A DNA stretch of 63,916 nucleotides, counting the filler, from Dicyema japonicum (lineage: Eukaryota; Animalia; Dicyemida), in the NCBI GenBank assembly GCA_011109175.1. It is 10 parts of 10 records of this genome, joined end to end, with 100 filler letters (N's around TTAATTAATTAA, not from the genome) between each part and the next. Parts side by side here need not be neighbours in the genome. Positions count along the whole stretch, not along the records: positions 11,247 to 13,368 come from RDEW01000024.1; positions 13,469 to 17,641 come from RDEW01000193.1; positions 17,742 to 19,912 come from RDEW01000076.1; positions 20,013 to 28,058 come from RDEW01000126.1; 6 more parts are not named here. One strand, 5' to 3'. This document shows positions 11,247-23,780 of the stretch, piece after piece. A program made the translations under genes and the position numbers. Numbering within the stretch: the stretch's first letter is position 1; every line of letters starts with the position of its first letter. The notes below the pieces were generated by a model. The model saw only the letters and a program-made list of their open reading frames with translations. It did no database searches and was not told where the DNA came from.

Positions 11247-13467
11247 AAAAAAAAGGATTTCCACTTTTCGACTTTTACACATATAATCTCATTCCATTTT
11301 GATGGCTCATTTTTTTCGAAGATATTCTTAAGTAGATTTCATCCCACTCTCGTTGGCTCGAAGGATCGTTCAGCGTATCCAAATTAGTTTCCGCAATTCA
11401 CGATTAGCTTCGTCGAAGACGTTTTCGCAAGAAAGTCCGATAAGAAAGCGTAGGATATCTTGGACCAAAAAACATCCACTCGAAAGCGATGACACGTATG
11501 CTGAAAAAGTGATCTACAGCGCCGACCTGAGACCCGTTCCTACGAGGCGTGCATTAAGCTTGCATTGATTCCAACTAGGCACGTCATAGTGGATGTTTAG
11601 AAGCAATTCATCTGATTTTATCAATGTCCTATCCAGTGAAAAAAGGATGTCACAAAAGAACTTTCAATGAACAATAGAACGTTACGAAACCAAGAACGTT
11701 GTATTTATTATCAATGTCCTATCCAGTGAAAAAAGGATGTCACAAAAGAACTTTCAATGAACAATAGAACGTTACGGAACCAAGAACGTTATATTTATTG
11801 TCGTATAGCATCTATTCAGGAATGATAAGTAATACTTATCATTCCGAAACAAATGGTTACCGGCCACTTTTTGGAGGAATAACGAAATTTTGAATTAAAG
11901 AATGGATAAAAGGGTATTTGACAAGGAGTCAGGGTGCATTAGTGAATAGAATAGAGTGAATTATCGCAGGAGTTAGTTTGAATTATATTATTAGTTAGGG
12001 TTAATTAGAGAATGGATTAGGGTGAAATAGAGCATCAGTTGGCTCTATGCATTCATAAAATTTATTTTATTGACAGAATTCGATGTTCGAATTCTATCTA
12101 AATTTACTTGTAATTTTTATGTTTAAATTCTTTTTTTATTTTTGATATTAATACATTAAAAAATCCTTAATTAAAAGCAATTCAAATTTTATTATACATA
12201 ATTCAAATATGATTTTTTTAAGTGACAATTGATATGCTTAACACCACACGTAGAAAACATTCTTTGAAATGCGAGAAGGAACAAAACGTATTGTAAATTT
12301 ATCGAGAATATGGAAGAACGGTACTCACTTTGCCTGATGAACGTGTACAAACAATACATTGAGCCATGTTTCTCATATAAATGCGCTTAGTGACGACCGT
12401 CGAGCCACATGAATAGTGACTTTGGCCTTCCTCTTAAGATGGTTTGTTCTCATTGTTAAAGTAATTGTCCATTATTTTGCAGAGGCGTTTATCTTCATTC
12501 TAAGCATGTGTACCAACTCCCGTCTACTCTATCAAAATATGTAGTGATAAAAATAAGATAACAAAAAATAAGCAACAATTTGACTTTAATTATATGTCAC
12601 CTGAGGATGACGACTTTGTAAGCGATAGTGATTCTGACGATGAGTTCCCCAGTTTACATAGAAGATTAAGAAATGCAACAAATTCTACAAGATGACGCGT
12701 CGTTTATAATATGGGGTGATGATGGAAAATACTGTGAGTTGGACGTGATGCTACATACTTACAGCGCTGATGTCAAGGATATCAGATCAAAAAATTGCGG
12801 AGACTATTGCATAGCTAATGAGTCATTCGATAGCATCGAGATGGTCGAAGAATCCAATAATTCAAATGATAATTCTGAGTCGGACAAAATTGATAATGAG
12901 TTGGACGTGATGCTACATACTTACAGCGCTGATGTCAAGGATATCAGATCAAAAAATTGCGGAGACTATTGCATAGCTAATGAGTCATTCGATAGGATCG
13001 AGATGGTCGAAGAATCCAATAATTCAAATGATAATTCTGAGTCGGACAAAATTGATAATTTTGAATAACTTAATACAGTATGACCTTTACCTATTTAAAA
13101 AAATGCCTCAAAAACAGAGGTTTCCCCAAAAATGGAGGTTCGGCATTTTCTTTAGATTTATCCACAGTTTAACAATTTAACTTTGCTATTTATTAAATTT
13201 ATAGATAAATAATGTTTTTTTATATAGATTTTTCAGAATTATATTAAAAACAAATTTATTTAACTATAGGAAAATAGTCTGTTAATTTCCCTCCGGTTGC
13301 TGATTTTTTCATTTGCATTCCTAATATTTTTCTGAAATTATAATAATCTTTCAAAGTTTCAGGAAACANNNNNNNNNNNNNNNNNNNNNNNNNNNNNNNN
13401 NNNNNNNNNNNNTTAATTAATTAANNNNNNNNNNNNNNNNNNNNNNNNNNNNNNNNNNNNNNNNNNN

Positions 13468-13640
13468 NGGAGGCAGAGCCCTGAGATGCCATATGGACAG
13501 ACGGTTCAATTTGACAATGCGCTCTCGGAGTTGTTTCAGCAACCAGAATCGAACCTGCCTGAGGAGGCTGGCGAACAGGCAGGCGAGGAAGGTTGTTGAT
13601 TAATAAATATATTAACTTTTTTATTGTTTGTTAAATAAAG
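13468..13640 (+). mobile_element. 3' end of a REL non-LTR retrotransposon; near-identical to 53490-53703
   Basis: RQSPEMPYGQ...EEGC* plus AT-rich tail; reverse-complement match to 53490-53660. Confidence 0.6.
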
Positions 13641-14142
13641 GTGGTAATTTTAGAATTGTTAAAGATATTTAGATTAAATTACAATTAGCCTAGTGGTTAA
13701 TTGATCAAAAGATTAAGGTGGTGTCAAACTCTCATTGAATGTCTGCTAGTTTTATGATAGATGAAAGCTCTTGTCTTTCTTCTTGTGAGGGGAGGGTCCC
13801 AGGAGACATCGGAAATTACTGGAAAAAGGAAGTATTACATGCATATAGGATCAAGTCAATCCTCATCAATGTCAAAATAGTTTTATACTGTTAAAAGTAT
13901 AGGGAAGGAAAAAAATATTAAAGTACCAATATTTGGTTTTCATCAAGACTTTTTTCTCTTTATTATAGTTCGTCTCGGTTGACTTACTATTTTATTCGTG
14001 AAGGAGATTTAGCAATGGGGTCATTTGCTTATTGTCGAAAGAAAGAAATCCAAAAATGTTATTTCACGTTGGCGGTCTATGGATCGTGCTCAAGTTGGCC
14101 ATCATAAGATTATGAAAGAACTCAGTTTTGTAGCCTCCACAT

Positions 14143-14420
14143 ATAATAATAATAATAATAATGCACCTTACGAAGAGCCACATTAGTTATAACTCCTCGG
14201 GTAGGATACAAACTTCATTTTAAATGCAGAACAGTTATCATAACTAATTGATGAAGAAGAACCAAGAATATTTTTCACTTCTTTTTTTATATATGTTTGG
14301 TGTGAGTCGTTTCGTGGAAGATCCGGTTCCACAGTGATATGTTTAATGATGACGGCGTCACTTGTCAAGTCAACCTCCATATATCATGTTGGTATAATCG
14401 TTAGTGGATGGTTGAAACTC
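14143..14420 (-). mobile_element. tRNA-derived SINE copy (core plus tail ending in (TAT)n)
   Basis: Core TTGACAAGTGACGCCGTCATC...GTGGAACCGG shared with the copies at 19.6, 26.6 and 29.2 kb; ends in TATTATTATTAT. Confidence 0.75.
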
Positions 14421-14699
14421 CAAATTTGAAGGTCTATGACATTATAGGATAAGAGTTATGTCATAAAACTGTCCTTAAGATAAACTGTCAATCATTTCCC
14501 CAGATCCTCTTATCTGCATCATATTGAGTTTGATGTTTATTTTGTAAATTAAAAATAAATTAATTTGTTGATAATTTAATGGAATAATCTTGGAATTATC
14601 AAATAATATTGCATTCGAAATAATCTTTTAAAATTTGAATTATCAGCTTGGCGTTATGTGGTTCACCGATTCTGTAAGTTTTGGTAACGCCCAGAGAGC

Positions 14700-16867
14700 A
14701 CCTATTGCTCCTCCAAAGAGAACCATTAGACATCTACCTCGAGGAAACTGTCTCCCCGGTGGCATCCTCTATCATCCTCATTTACCCGGAAAGAGCCCCT
14801 AGCCCACCGCAAGAAACGGACTATGGTTCTTCAACTGAATATCAATGGAGTAAGAGGCAAGATATTGGAGCTGCGCTTCTTCCTGGCTGAGCTGAAGATT
14901 GACTTGGCTTTAATACAAGAGACGAAACTGCCTTCGAACAGTCCTACCCCGATGTTCCCTGAATACGAGTCAGTACGGACTGACCGAAAGAGGAAGCGGG
15001 GTGGCGGCCTCCTCATTTTATATCGGAAAGATTTTAAATGGAAAAATTACCTTTGTGAACGTCTATGTACCCCCACCTGGTTCTTGCCCGAAGCACTACA
15101 ATATGCCCAATTTATCTACCTTGGCTTCTTTGAACGACGTGATCATTGGCGGGGATATCAACGCAAAACACCCTCTGTGGCTGGCAAGTCAACCGTCCGA
15201 CTCAAGAGGAAAAGTACTACTTTCGCAGACAGGGCCTTTCACGGTCATGAATGACCCGTCAAAACATACGAGAACCCCCTTCAGGGAGTCAGACCAACTA
15301 ACTTCTTCTGACATCACGCTTTGTTCTCTCCCCCTGGCGGCAATATCGACTTGGTCAGTCAATTACAACTCAAGAAGCGACCATAATTCGATCCTTTTGG
15401 AGATCAAGAGAGAAACGTCAACTAGGAGGAGATCCCCAGAACAATTCAATTACAAACGCGCAGATTGGAGACTTTACCGAATACATACTGACAATCACCT
15501 GGATGATATTACTTCCATGAACAAAGTAGTCGCTTATGTAAACCGCACTATCTTGGATGTGAGATCACCATCTGTACCTAAACACCACCTTAACTACACC
15601 TGGGGATATGGCAGGTCGGCATTAACCAAAGAAAAAAACAAACTCAAAAAGTCTGTCCGATTAGCTACTGAGGATAAATTTAGACTCAAGGATTTGAACA
15701 ATGAACAACAAAACAGGGAGGTAAGAGCACAAAAATCAAGATGGAAGCATGTGCTCTCATCGTTGGGTAGAAATAGACCCACTACTGAAATTTGAAAGAC
15801 CATCCGAGACGCCTCGAGAGGGGATGAAAGATCGTCCGATGTGGACCACAGCCAAAAGGATTTAAACAACCTAATAAAATAATATGTGAAAATATCCCAT
15901 AAAAACCATAAAAAGTCGGATGTACCCCCGAAACATCTCAGTAAACCGAAAAAGGACCCGGAAACGATTCACTTCACTTAAAACGACGTGAGATACATTG
16001 AAAGCCATTAAAACAACCTATTCTACGGACCGGATAAGATCCCAATGATCCTCCTAGAGAATCTGGTAGACTATGGAATCGCTGTGTTAACGAAGATATT
16101 CAATCACTCCATTAACAAAAATTGTATTCCAGCATTATGGAAGCTGCCCCACCTACCTCCAATTTTGAAACCCGGTAAAGTGAAGAAGGACCCAGCTTCA
16201 TACAGACCGGTCGCGTTATTGTGTTCGGTGTCGAAAATTCTGGAAAGGCTGGTTCTTGCGAAAATCAAAAAGTTCCTCCCGGATTTGTCATTTCAACATG
16301 GTTTTAAAGATGCGAGGTCTACTTCGACCAACTTATCTGCATTGACTAACTTTATACGATATGGTTTTTCGCACAGACCAAGACACATGAAGACTGTACT
16401 TTGCTCCATAAACGTCCACAAGGCGTTCGACTCTGTATCAAGGCGGATTCTTACTTGGAAAATTTACCTAACAAAGATCCCCGGAAAGCTCAAACTCTGG
16501 CTAGCTAACTTCCTTAGTGGTCAGAGGGGACGCGTCTGCATTGGCCAGTGAAGGTCTACTTCACGGCTTCTCCCTAACGGGGTTCCCCAACGATCCCTTT
16601 TGTCTCCAGTTTTATTCAACCTATTCATGGCGGACTCTGAAAATGATATTATTCTAACTTATGCCGACGACAACGTCATTGCCTCACGCGATCAGGACAT
16701 CCAAATTGCCACTTCGAAATTGCAAGAAAATCTGGACCGACTTGACAAATGGCTATCGAAGAATCGCCTAACTACTACCAGTGAAAAGTACCTCACAACC
16801 CTATTTACTTCAGACAAGAGACTGGGAAGACGCACGGTCGAACTAAAGACAAACAATGAAGCTATTC
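14700..16867 (+). mobile_element. Decayed APE-RT LINE (Jockey/I/CR1 group), related to 23781-26236
   Basis: LQLNINGVRGK, IQETK, YVPPPGSC, GDINAKHP, SDHN (APE); YRPVALL, FQHGF, KAFDSV, GVPQ, YADD (RT); several stops and frameshifts. Confidence 0.9.
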
Positions 16868-17164
16868 TGTCACAGGCGCTATGCGTTACCGAGCGCTACG
16901 CGTTACACTAGTGGACCCAGAAAAAAATCAAAAAAAATTTTTTTGATTATATAATATAATATATAAAACTAGTGCGATAACATGGATATTTCTTCAGGAT
17001 ACTTTTAGTGCGATATTTCTTCATTTTTTGATTATATAATCTATAAAACTAATAATATAATCTATAAAACTAATAATATAATTTATAAAACTATATTATA
17101 TTGAATATTTAATATAATTTTGGTTGAACTGGTGACGTGGCTCTAATAAAGTATTAACATGTCT

Positions 17165-17641
17165 GTAAATTAAGAACCTTATCTTTTGGAGAAATTCTCG
17201 CTGCTCTCATTTAACGTCCGAGGCCAAACCTCTTCTTGGAAAAGGACCTCCCTCTGTCAAGACCTACATAATTATGATGTCGCAATCGGTTGCCTACAGG
17301 AAACCAAAATCCAAGATAACCACGAAGAAACATGTGGTAAATTCAAATTGATCTTTCTCCCGACTGTCAACAGGCACTATCGACTGGGTTTTGCCATCAA
17401 AATGGAATTTCTCCCCCATATCTACAGAGTATGGGCAGTTAATGACCGCATCGGAGTTCTACAAATGAAGTTTATGAATGCCAAAGCAAGCACTGACATT
17501 GTCTCCATTATCAATGTATACGCACCTCACAGTGGTTGGATTAACAAAGATCCGGCTCTATTTGATGACTTCTACTCAGATTTATCATATTTATATTTAG
17601 AATTGGCCGACTCCGCACTTTTATTTATAGCTGGTGATATG
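17165..17641 (+). mobile_element. RTE-type LINE apurinic endonuclease fragment, running into a gap
   Basis: SFNVRG, CLQETK, VNDRI, INVYAPHS and AGDM motifs. Confidence 0.8.
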
Positions 17642-18739
17642 NNNNNNNNNNNNNNNNNNNNNNNNNNNNNNNNNNNNNNNNNNNNTTAATTAATTAANNN
17701 NNNNNNNNNNNNNNNNNNNNNNNNNNNNNNNNNNNNNNNNNTTTTCAGTTTCTCAGTCATTACTGGAAGATAAAGCTGGAACTATGTTCATTTTCGCCTA
17801 CGCTAGGTCAGTTTCAGCGCGTGAAGAGTATCTTGGTGAATAAGAATGTGTATTGGACGATTCAGTTTTTCAGGACATCAAAGATCATTTGGTAATAGCA
17901 TTGCGAAATATTTTTCGGATAAATTTGATGACGATTTGGTTCAAAATTCATTCAAAGTAATTTTAGTAAATCTAACATCAATTAATATGAACAAATATTT
18001 AATATCAAAATCACTATCAAATTAGATATATCAGAATCCTTTTTTAATTTTTTGAGAGCATACATTTCAAAATATCCTGATATCTCAGGAAAGGCTATAC
18101 ACTATTACTTTTTCCAACGACTTATGCGAGTCGGGATTTTCAATATTTAGCAAAACAAAATCTAGGCTTTAGATTAATGAAACATAAAATCAATGATTAA
18201 TTTTTATTGATGAAATGTGAGTGAATTGTTCAATGAGATCACCGCAACTAATCTTTTAGGAAAATATTGGTAAAACTGCAAGAATTCTGTAGCTGACAAT
18301 CGCTCTCTTCATCTTTGAGGAATATAACATAGACTGATCTTCATCCCTTTCTATATAAGCCATAATTAACACATCAGTATTTAAGTTGATTAGAGAGATT
18401 AGTTCTTGATCAAAGACCTTAATCTCTCTTAAGTGCTCAATAGCCATACTTTTTAAACATAAAATTCTATCTTAAAGACTTACTCTTAAATAATAATATT
18501 AGTAGAAAAATTAAATGAAATTTAATAACAACCAAAAGAGTTAATGCATAAAAACTAATTAATTTCAGAAGAAACCACGTAATCGTAGTCTTAACCGTCA
18601 GTCGTAGAAATATCATTATCATCATTTCTCTTGGACTCTTTGAGGAATTAGTCTCATTTTTAAATCACAAATAAATTCTCCAAAATAGATGATACCCCTT
18701 TCAGATAGGAGAATATTACTAAAATAATCCTCTACTCTC

Positions 18740-19200
18740 TTAGAATATTGTATTTTGGTAGTGAGGGAAAGACCGAAAACTCATTTTGATTGTGATACTG
18801 TTGTTCAACATGAATTCTTCACTCTCCAAACGATTGAGATTACATAACTTAGGATACCCATTGTCGATATTAACTACAGAATTATGGGTATAAGCCATAT
18901 ATTTTTTTTCGGTCTTATTAATCACTTCTCGCTTGAAATCAAATCTGAATGCTGATTGAGCTATATCTGTATGATTTCCGGAGATCGCTTGTACGTTCAA
19001 AATACAGAAACAAAAAACTTCCTTTGACTTCTTTATTTCTATTCTACGACTAACACAAACACAGCGTAGATCTGCATTTGCCAATCGATTCTGTCAGAAT
19101 AGACAGTTTAGCATTACCATAGTTTTCAAAAATGATGTCTTTGACTTCATAAGGCGAAATACACTAACTAGAATTACTAGGATGACGAACCTATGGAAAG
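18740..19200 (-). CDS. Unknown host gene, possibly MATH-like beta domain
   Basis: 114-aa ORF ending GYPKLCNLNRLESEEFMLNNSITIKMSF resembles a MATH C-terminus; a tiny GT-AG intron lies upstream (~19092-19118). Confidence 0.35.
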
Positions 19201-19562
19201 AATTCATAATGCCCTCTAATGGTCAGATCACATGATGGAGTTTAGCATTTCTATAATGCTTTTCGTCAATTTGCGAGGAATTATCAACCAACTACAATAT
19301 GCGAATGATTGTAGTTTGAACTCTGTGTTCTTTATAAGGTCTATACTCCCACGTCTTTTATCTCCATTTTATCAAATTGATTATTTTTTCTTGTTGGTTT
19401 GTCTTATAAACAAAGAATCGCACAATCATGTCACTTTTCTTCGCCAATAAATCATTTTTGTTCGTATAGCAAAATTATATTGTTCTTATGAGCTCTGCAT
19501 TCCTCTTATATTTCTACGATGGGTTGAATCTGTGTTTAGTGTTCATTTTACCAGAAGACCCT

Positions 19563-19889
19563 TTCTAGATAATCCAGTTCCGCAGTGAGTATCCACAGAT
19601 GACGGCGTCACTCGTCAAACCCTTTTAGCATCGTAGATGCGTGGAACCTTCCACCAGGTGAACAGCAGCGAAAATCGAACCCGCAACCTAAGCCACTTTA
19701 GCCCGACACCTAACCACTATATTACCCGGCTAACCAATATGCCAAAAGACCCACACACAAGAAAAAGAAAGGAAGAAGTGAAGATCATTCCTTGGTTCTA
19801 CGATTAGTTAAAATTAACTGTTCTTTACTTAAATAAAGTGTGTGTCCTGCCTATGCGGCTCTCGTGAAAAGGCTATTATTATTATTATT
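19563..19889. mobile_element. tRNA-derived SINE copy with 5' inversion (head and core on -, tail on +)
   Basis: Minus strand 19737-19563 has A box (TAATATAGTGG), B box (GGTTCGATTTTC) and core; plus strand 19740-19889 has the family tail ending in (TAT)n. Confidence 0.75.
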
Positions 19890-20312
19890 GACCAGAGGGC
19901 ACAGTCGGTACANNNNNNNNNNNNNNNNNNNNNNNNNNNNNNNNNNNNNNNNNNNNTTAATTAATTAANNNNNNNNNNNNNNNNNNNNNNNNNNNNNNNN
20001 NNNNNNNNNNNNTGACCATAAGAGCTGTCAAAGACTTTAAACTTGCGTAGAATAAATAAAGAATTAAGAAAGCTGCGTCCTTCTGCAAGAAAATTGAATC
20101 CGGTGGGTATCCCCAGTGTTGTAAATCTGATAATTGAATCTCAAAATTGAAAAAAGGGATTTCAATATTATTTAAAAATAGATGTGAATATCAATTCAAT
20201 AAATCAATACTAATACAATATTAACTACTCGTTATTTAAGTAAAAATTACAACATAAACAATTTATTTGGTTCCTATTTTTGAAATTTTATAATAAGTTA
20301 ATCTTATACCCG

Positions 20313-21795
20313 ATGTGCCCGTGATTGTCAGAATTTATATTTATCCATAAAATGATACGACTAAATCTCAGTTATTTAATTAATGTGATCTTGCATTTAC
20401 TGTTGGAGAGGGTTCTACATCATAACCTGAATATTTAGGAATGGACGAGTTGTCTGAAAACCACGGGGTGTCGGATTATTTCAAGTCTGGCTAAAATTTA
20501 TTTCCTTTTTAATTTTTGTAAAAAGTGTCTGTCACGGGATATTAAATTGGATTAATTAGCAAGCAATGTTCGAAGTAATAATAAGTATTTATTAAATTAT
20601 TGATTGCCCTGCCTTCTAGACTTACGCAACCTGATTAATATAAAAGGAGATTGGTTTACCGTTCGTTAAAATGCTCGGTTATCTTGCGATTGTAAGCTCC
20701 CTGGCTTTTCTTGTGAACTTACAAGGTGGAACTTGGCNTCTAGACTTACGCAACCTGATTAATATAAAAGGAGATTGGTTTACCGTTCGTTAAAATGCTC
20801 GGTTATCTTGCGATTGTAAGCTCCTTGGCTTTTCTTGTGAATTTACAAGGTGGAACTTGGCGCATTATTCATCCATAGAATGCAACAAGACAAAAATAAT
20901 TATGCTGGATTCCGGCGAAGAGCGAATTTCCTTCATAAAATATCCTTGTGGGGCTACACTCGTTAAAAGTTTTTTGATCACAAACATATTCACAGCACAA
21001 ATAATTCACGATTGTGAAAACGATTTGGAATGCGGACAACGGGAAGTATTAATCGGTGGACTTGCAATAAAAATGAACCTTTTCAACAACTCTTATAGTT
21101 TAGAAATGTTTATCTTTACAAAAATAGTTTGTGAAATCGTGGATGAAGTAATTTCGATCACCAATTCGAACATCAATCAATTTGAACATTGTTCTGTCGT
21201 AATCGGAAGTCTTTTTATAATGCCACGAGAGTACTTAATTGTAAATCACTATAATTAGAGATATTCAAATCGAGAACTTGAAATATCTAAGCTGGGTCCA
21301 AGCACTGACGGGATTCGTCATCATCTCCGTTCCCAATGAATTAAAAAATCTTAATTTTCTTAAAAATTTGGAGTATGTCGGAGGAGAAAAACTGTATTTG
21401 TATCGACTATGATATTTTAGGCTCGGAATCGATTCAGTTATTATATTCGGAAGTAAATTCTCAAAAATAAAAACATTGGGATTTAAAAAATTTGAGGTGA
21501 TTAAAGGCGGCCTGGCTATAGATTTGCCGACAGTCTACTGTGATCAATTCAATTACTTGAAGGAAGCATGCAAGCTTAGTAACAATGATTTGAAATTAAA
21601 ATGCCGGCCTCATTTTGTGGCGATGAAATGGGGGTATTTTTCACATCTCTCTTTGTGATTCTTGTTCTAATAATTTCTTTTGGTTTCGTTAATTTTTTTA
21701 TGTCATTTAATCAAAGTTTTTTGTTTTATTTTAAAATTAGTTTAAAAAGACTACAAAAATGGCACTTCCACACTCCAGAAGGGAAGAGTCGATAG
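20313..21795 (+). CDS. Receptor L-domain (EGFR/insulin receptor ectodomain-like) protein with C-terminal TM helix and short tail; no kinase seen
   Basis: LRNLINIKG; FEHCSVVIGSLFI; LSWVQALTGFVII..LKNLNFLKNLEYVGGEKL; LGFKKFEVIKGGLAI are L-domain motifs; hydrophobic FFTSLFVILVLIISFGF follows, then a stop at 21795. Exon boundaries are approximate. Confidence 0.7.
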
Positions 21796-22699
21796 CTGTA
21801 GTGGAATTAAAACCCCTTCGCATACAAAGTCAATCAATTAACTGTGCCGTTCGCAGAGACTCTGGGATGCGAAGAAAGTTCTAGAAACGATCTTTATAGA
21901 AACGACTGATTCCAATAGAACGAGCAAGTCAAGGATGCTATTTAGTCTCTTTGCAAATTTTAGTTCTTTTTTTGAAGGAGACCAAAAACATAAGAACCAA
22001 AGTAGATAATTTTTTAAACTATAATAGCAAATAAGAGACGAGCTATGGGTCATNNNNNNNNNNNNNNNNNNNNNNNNNNNNNNNNNNNNNNNNNNNNNNN
22101 NNNNNNNNNNNNNNNNNNNNNNNNNNNNNNNNNNNNNNNNNNNNNNNNNNNNNNNNNNNNNNNNNNNNNNNNNNNNNNNNNNNNNNNNNNNNNNNNNNNN
22201 NNNNNNNNNNNNNNNNNNNNNNNNNNNNNNNNNNNNNNNNNNNNNNNNNNNNNNNNNNNNNNNNNNNNNTGGGAGAGATGCTTTCATGATCGAAGCAGAG
22301 TTCCTTACAGAATAGCCTGAGAAATGCTTCGGGAAAACTACGAGGCTTCATAATGACTGTTTCATCACACCGGAAGTTCTCACTGAAACGGGGATGACGA
22401 TCCAGTAATATTTTTTTAATTATATGACTTGAAAATGATCATGTTTGTAATAAGCTCAGAGTTTGCCGATTTACATCAGTGAAAACGCAAGTGTTGGTCT
22501 AGAAATGTTAAGTGTTTAATTTGCCAAGATTAGTACGACTGTCATTATCCAATATTGAGATAAAAGCAAAAATTAGTCTATAAAATAATTATCTATTTTA
22601 CATTAAATCGGAAAAGAAAGACGAGCTAGATCTGCGAGCATTGCCAGAGAACGGTTAGTTCTCGGCCAAACTGATAGCTTGCGCGTTNATCTCAAAATG

Positions 22700-23779
22700 T
22701 CTCTGGATTATCTTATTCATATAAAGTTGCAGAGATAATCGAAAAAACTGGTTGCATTATTATTTTAAATTATAGGTAATGCCCATTCGATTGCAGAAAA
22801 TGTCGTCCGTCCTTGTTTAAATTTATTTATAAACGATATCTTACAAAAAGATTCTTCAAATATTATGAAGACTATTCCATTAAACAACGACACTATACGA
22901 AGAAGAATCGATGAAATTTCTAATGAAATCGAACAATCCTTAATTTTATTTCTCCGAGAACGCAAGTTTTCAGTCCAACTTGACGAATCAGTTGTCGTTG
23001 ATAACCAGTCAATTTTGATGGCATATGTAAGGTATTACTTGTAATAGATACTTTTTATAAAGATATTTCGATGATGATTTTATTTTGCAAGAAGAGTTAT
23101 TATTTGAAAATCTTTTGTCATGCATACTACAGGATTGTCAATATTCAAAATAAAATTTCAAAATGACAACCTGACACAATTCTGGGGAGAAAAATCTATA
23201 AAAATGAAATTCCCGAAATTATGGGAAAAAATGATGCCAATAATATTATGTTTTCCTACATCATACTGCGTAGAGAGAGGATTCAGCACTCTGAATAGTA
23301 TGATCGGAAAAAAAANTTAAATTTATTTATAAACGATATCTTACAAAAAGTTTCTTTAAATATTATGAAGACTATTCCATTAAGCAAAGACACTATACGA
23401 AGAAGAATTGATGAAATTTCTAATGAAATTGAACAATTCTTAATTTTATTGATATTCCAAATGATATTCCATTTGAACACATTTTATCGTGCGCAACTGA
23501 TGGCGCAATGGCTATGGTTGGAAAATATCGTGGTTTTTTAGCTTTTCTAAAACAAAAATCTCCAATGTCCACTTCAATTCATTGTATTTTACATCGGCAT
23601 CATTTAATTGCAAAAAAATTATCTGAAGAATTGAATGCATCAATGCAAATTGTTATCAATAAAATTAAAGGAAACAGCAAGTACGATCGTATTTTTCGTG
23701 AATAATGCGCTAATCAAAATGAAGATTATGTTAGGTTACTTTTACATACGGAAGTAAGATCGTTATCCAAGGGAAATTG
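22700..23779 (+). mobile_element. hAT Buster/Charlie transposase fragments
   Basis: IAENVVRPC, IPLNNDTIRRRIDE, FSVQLDES, TDGAMAMVG, HCILHRHHL and FPTSYCVERGFS. Confidence 0.85.
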
Positions 23780-23780
23780 T

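Noticed and set aside
12673-13068. 131-aa protein with an internal 53-aa repeat
   Set aside because: The repeat is one of the read-length tandem duplications (159 bp); probably an artefact.
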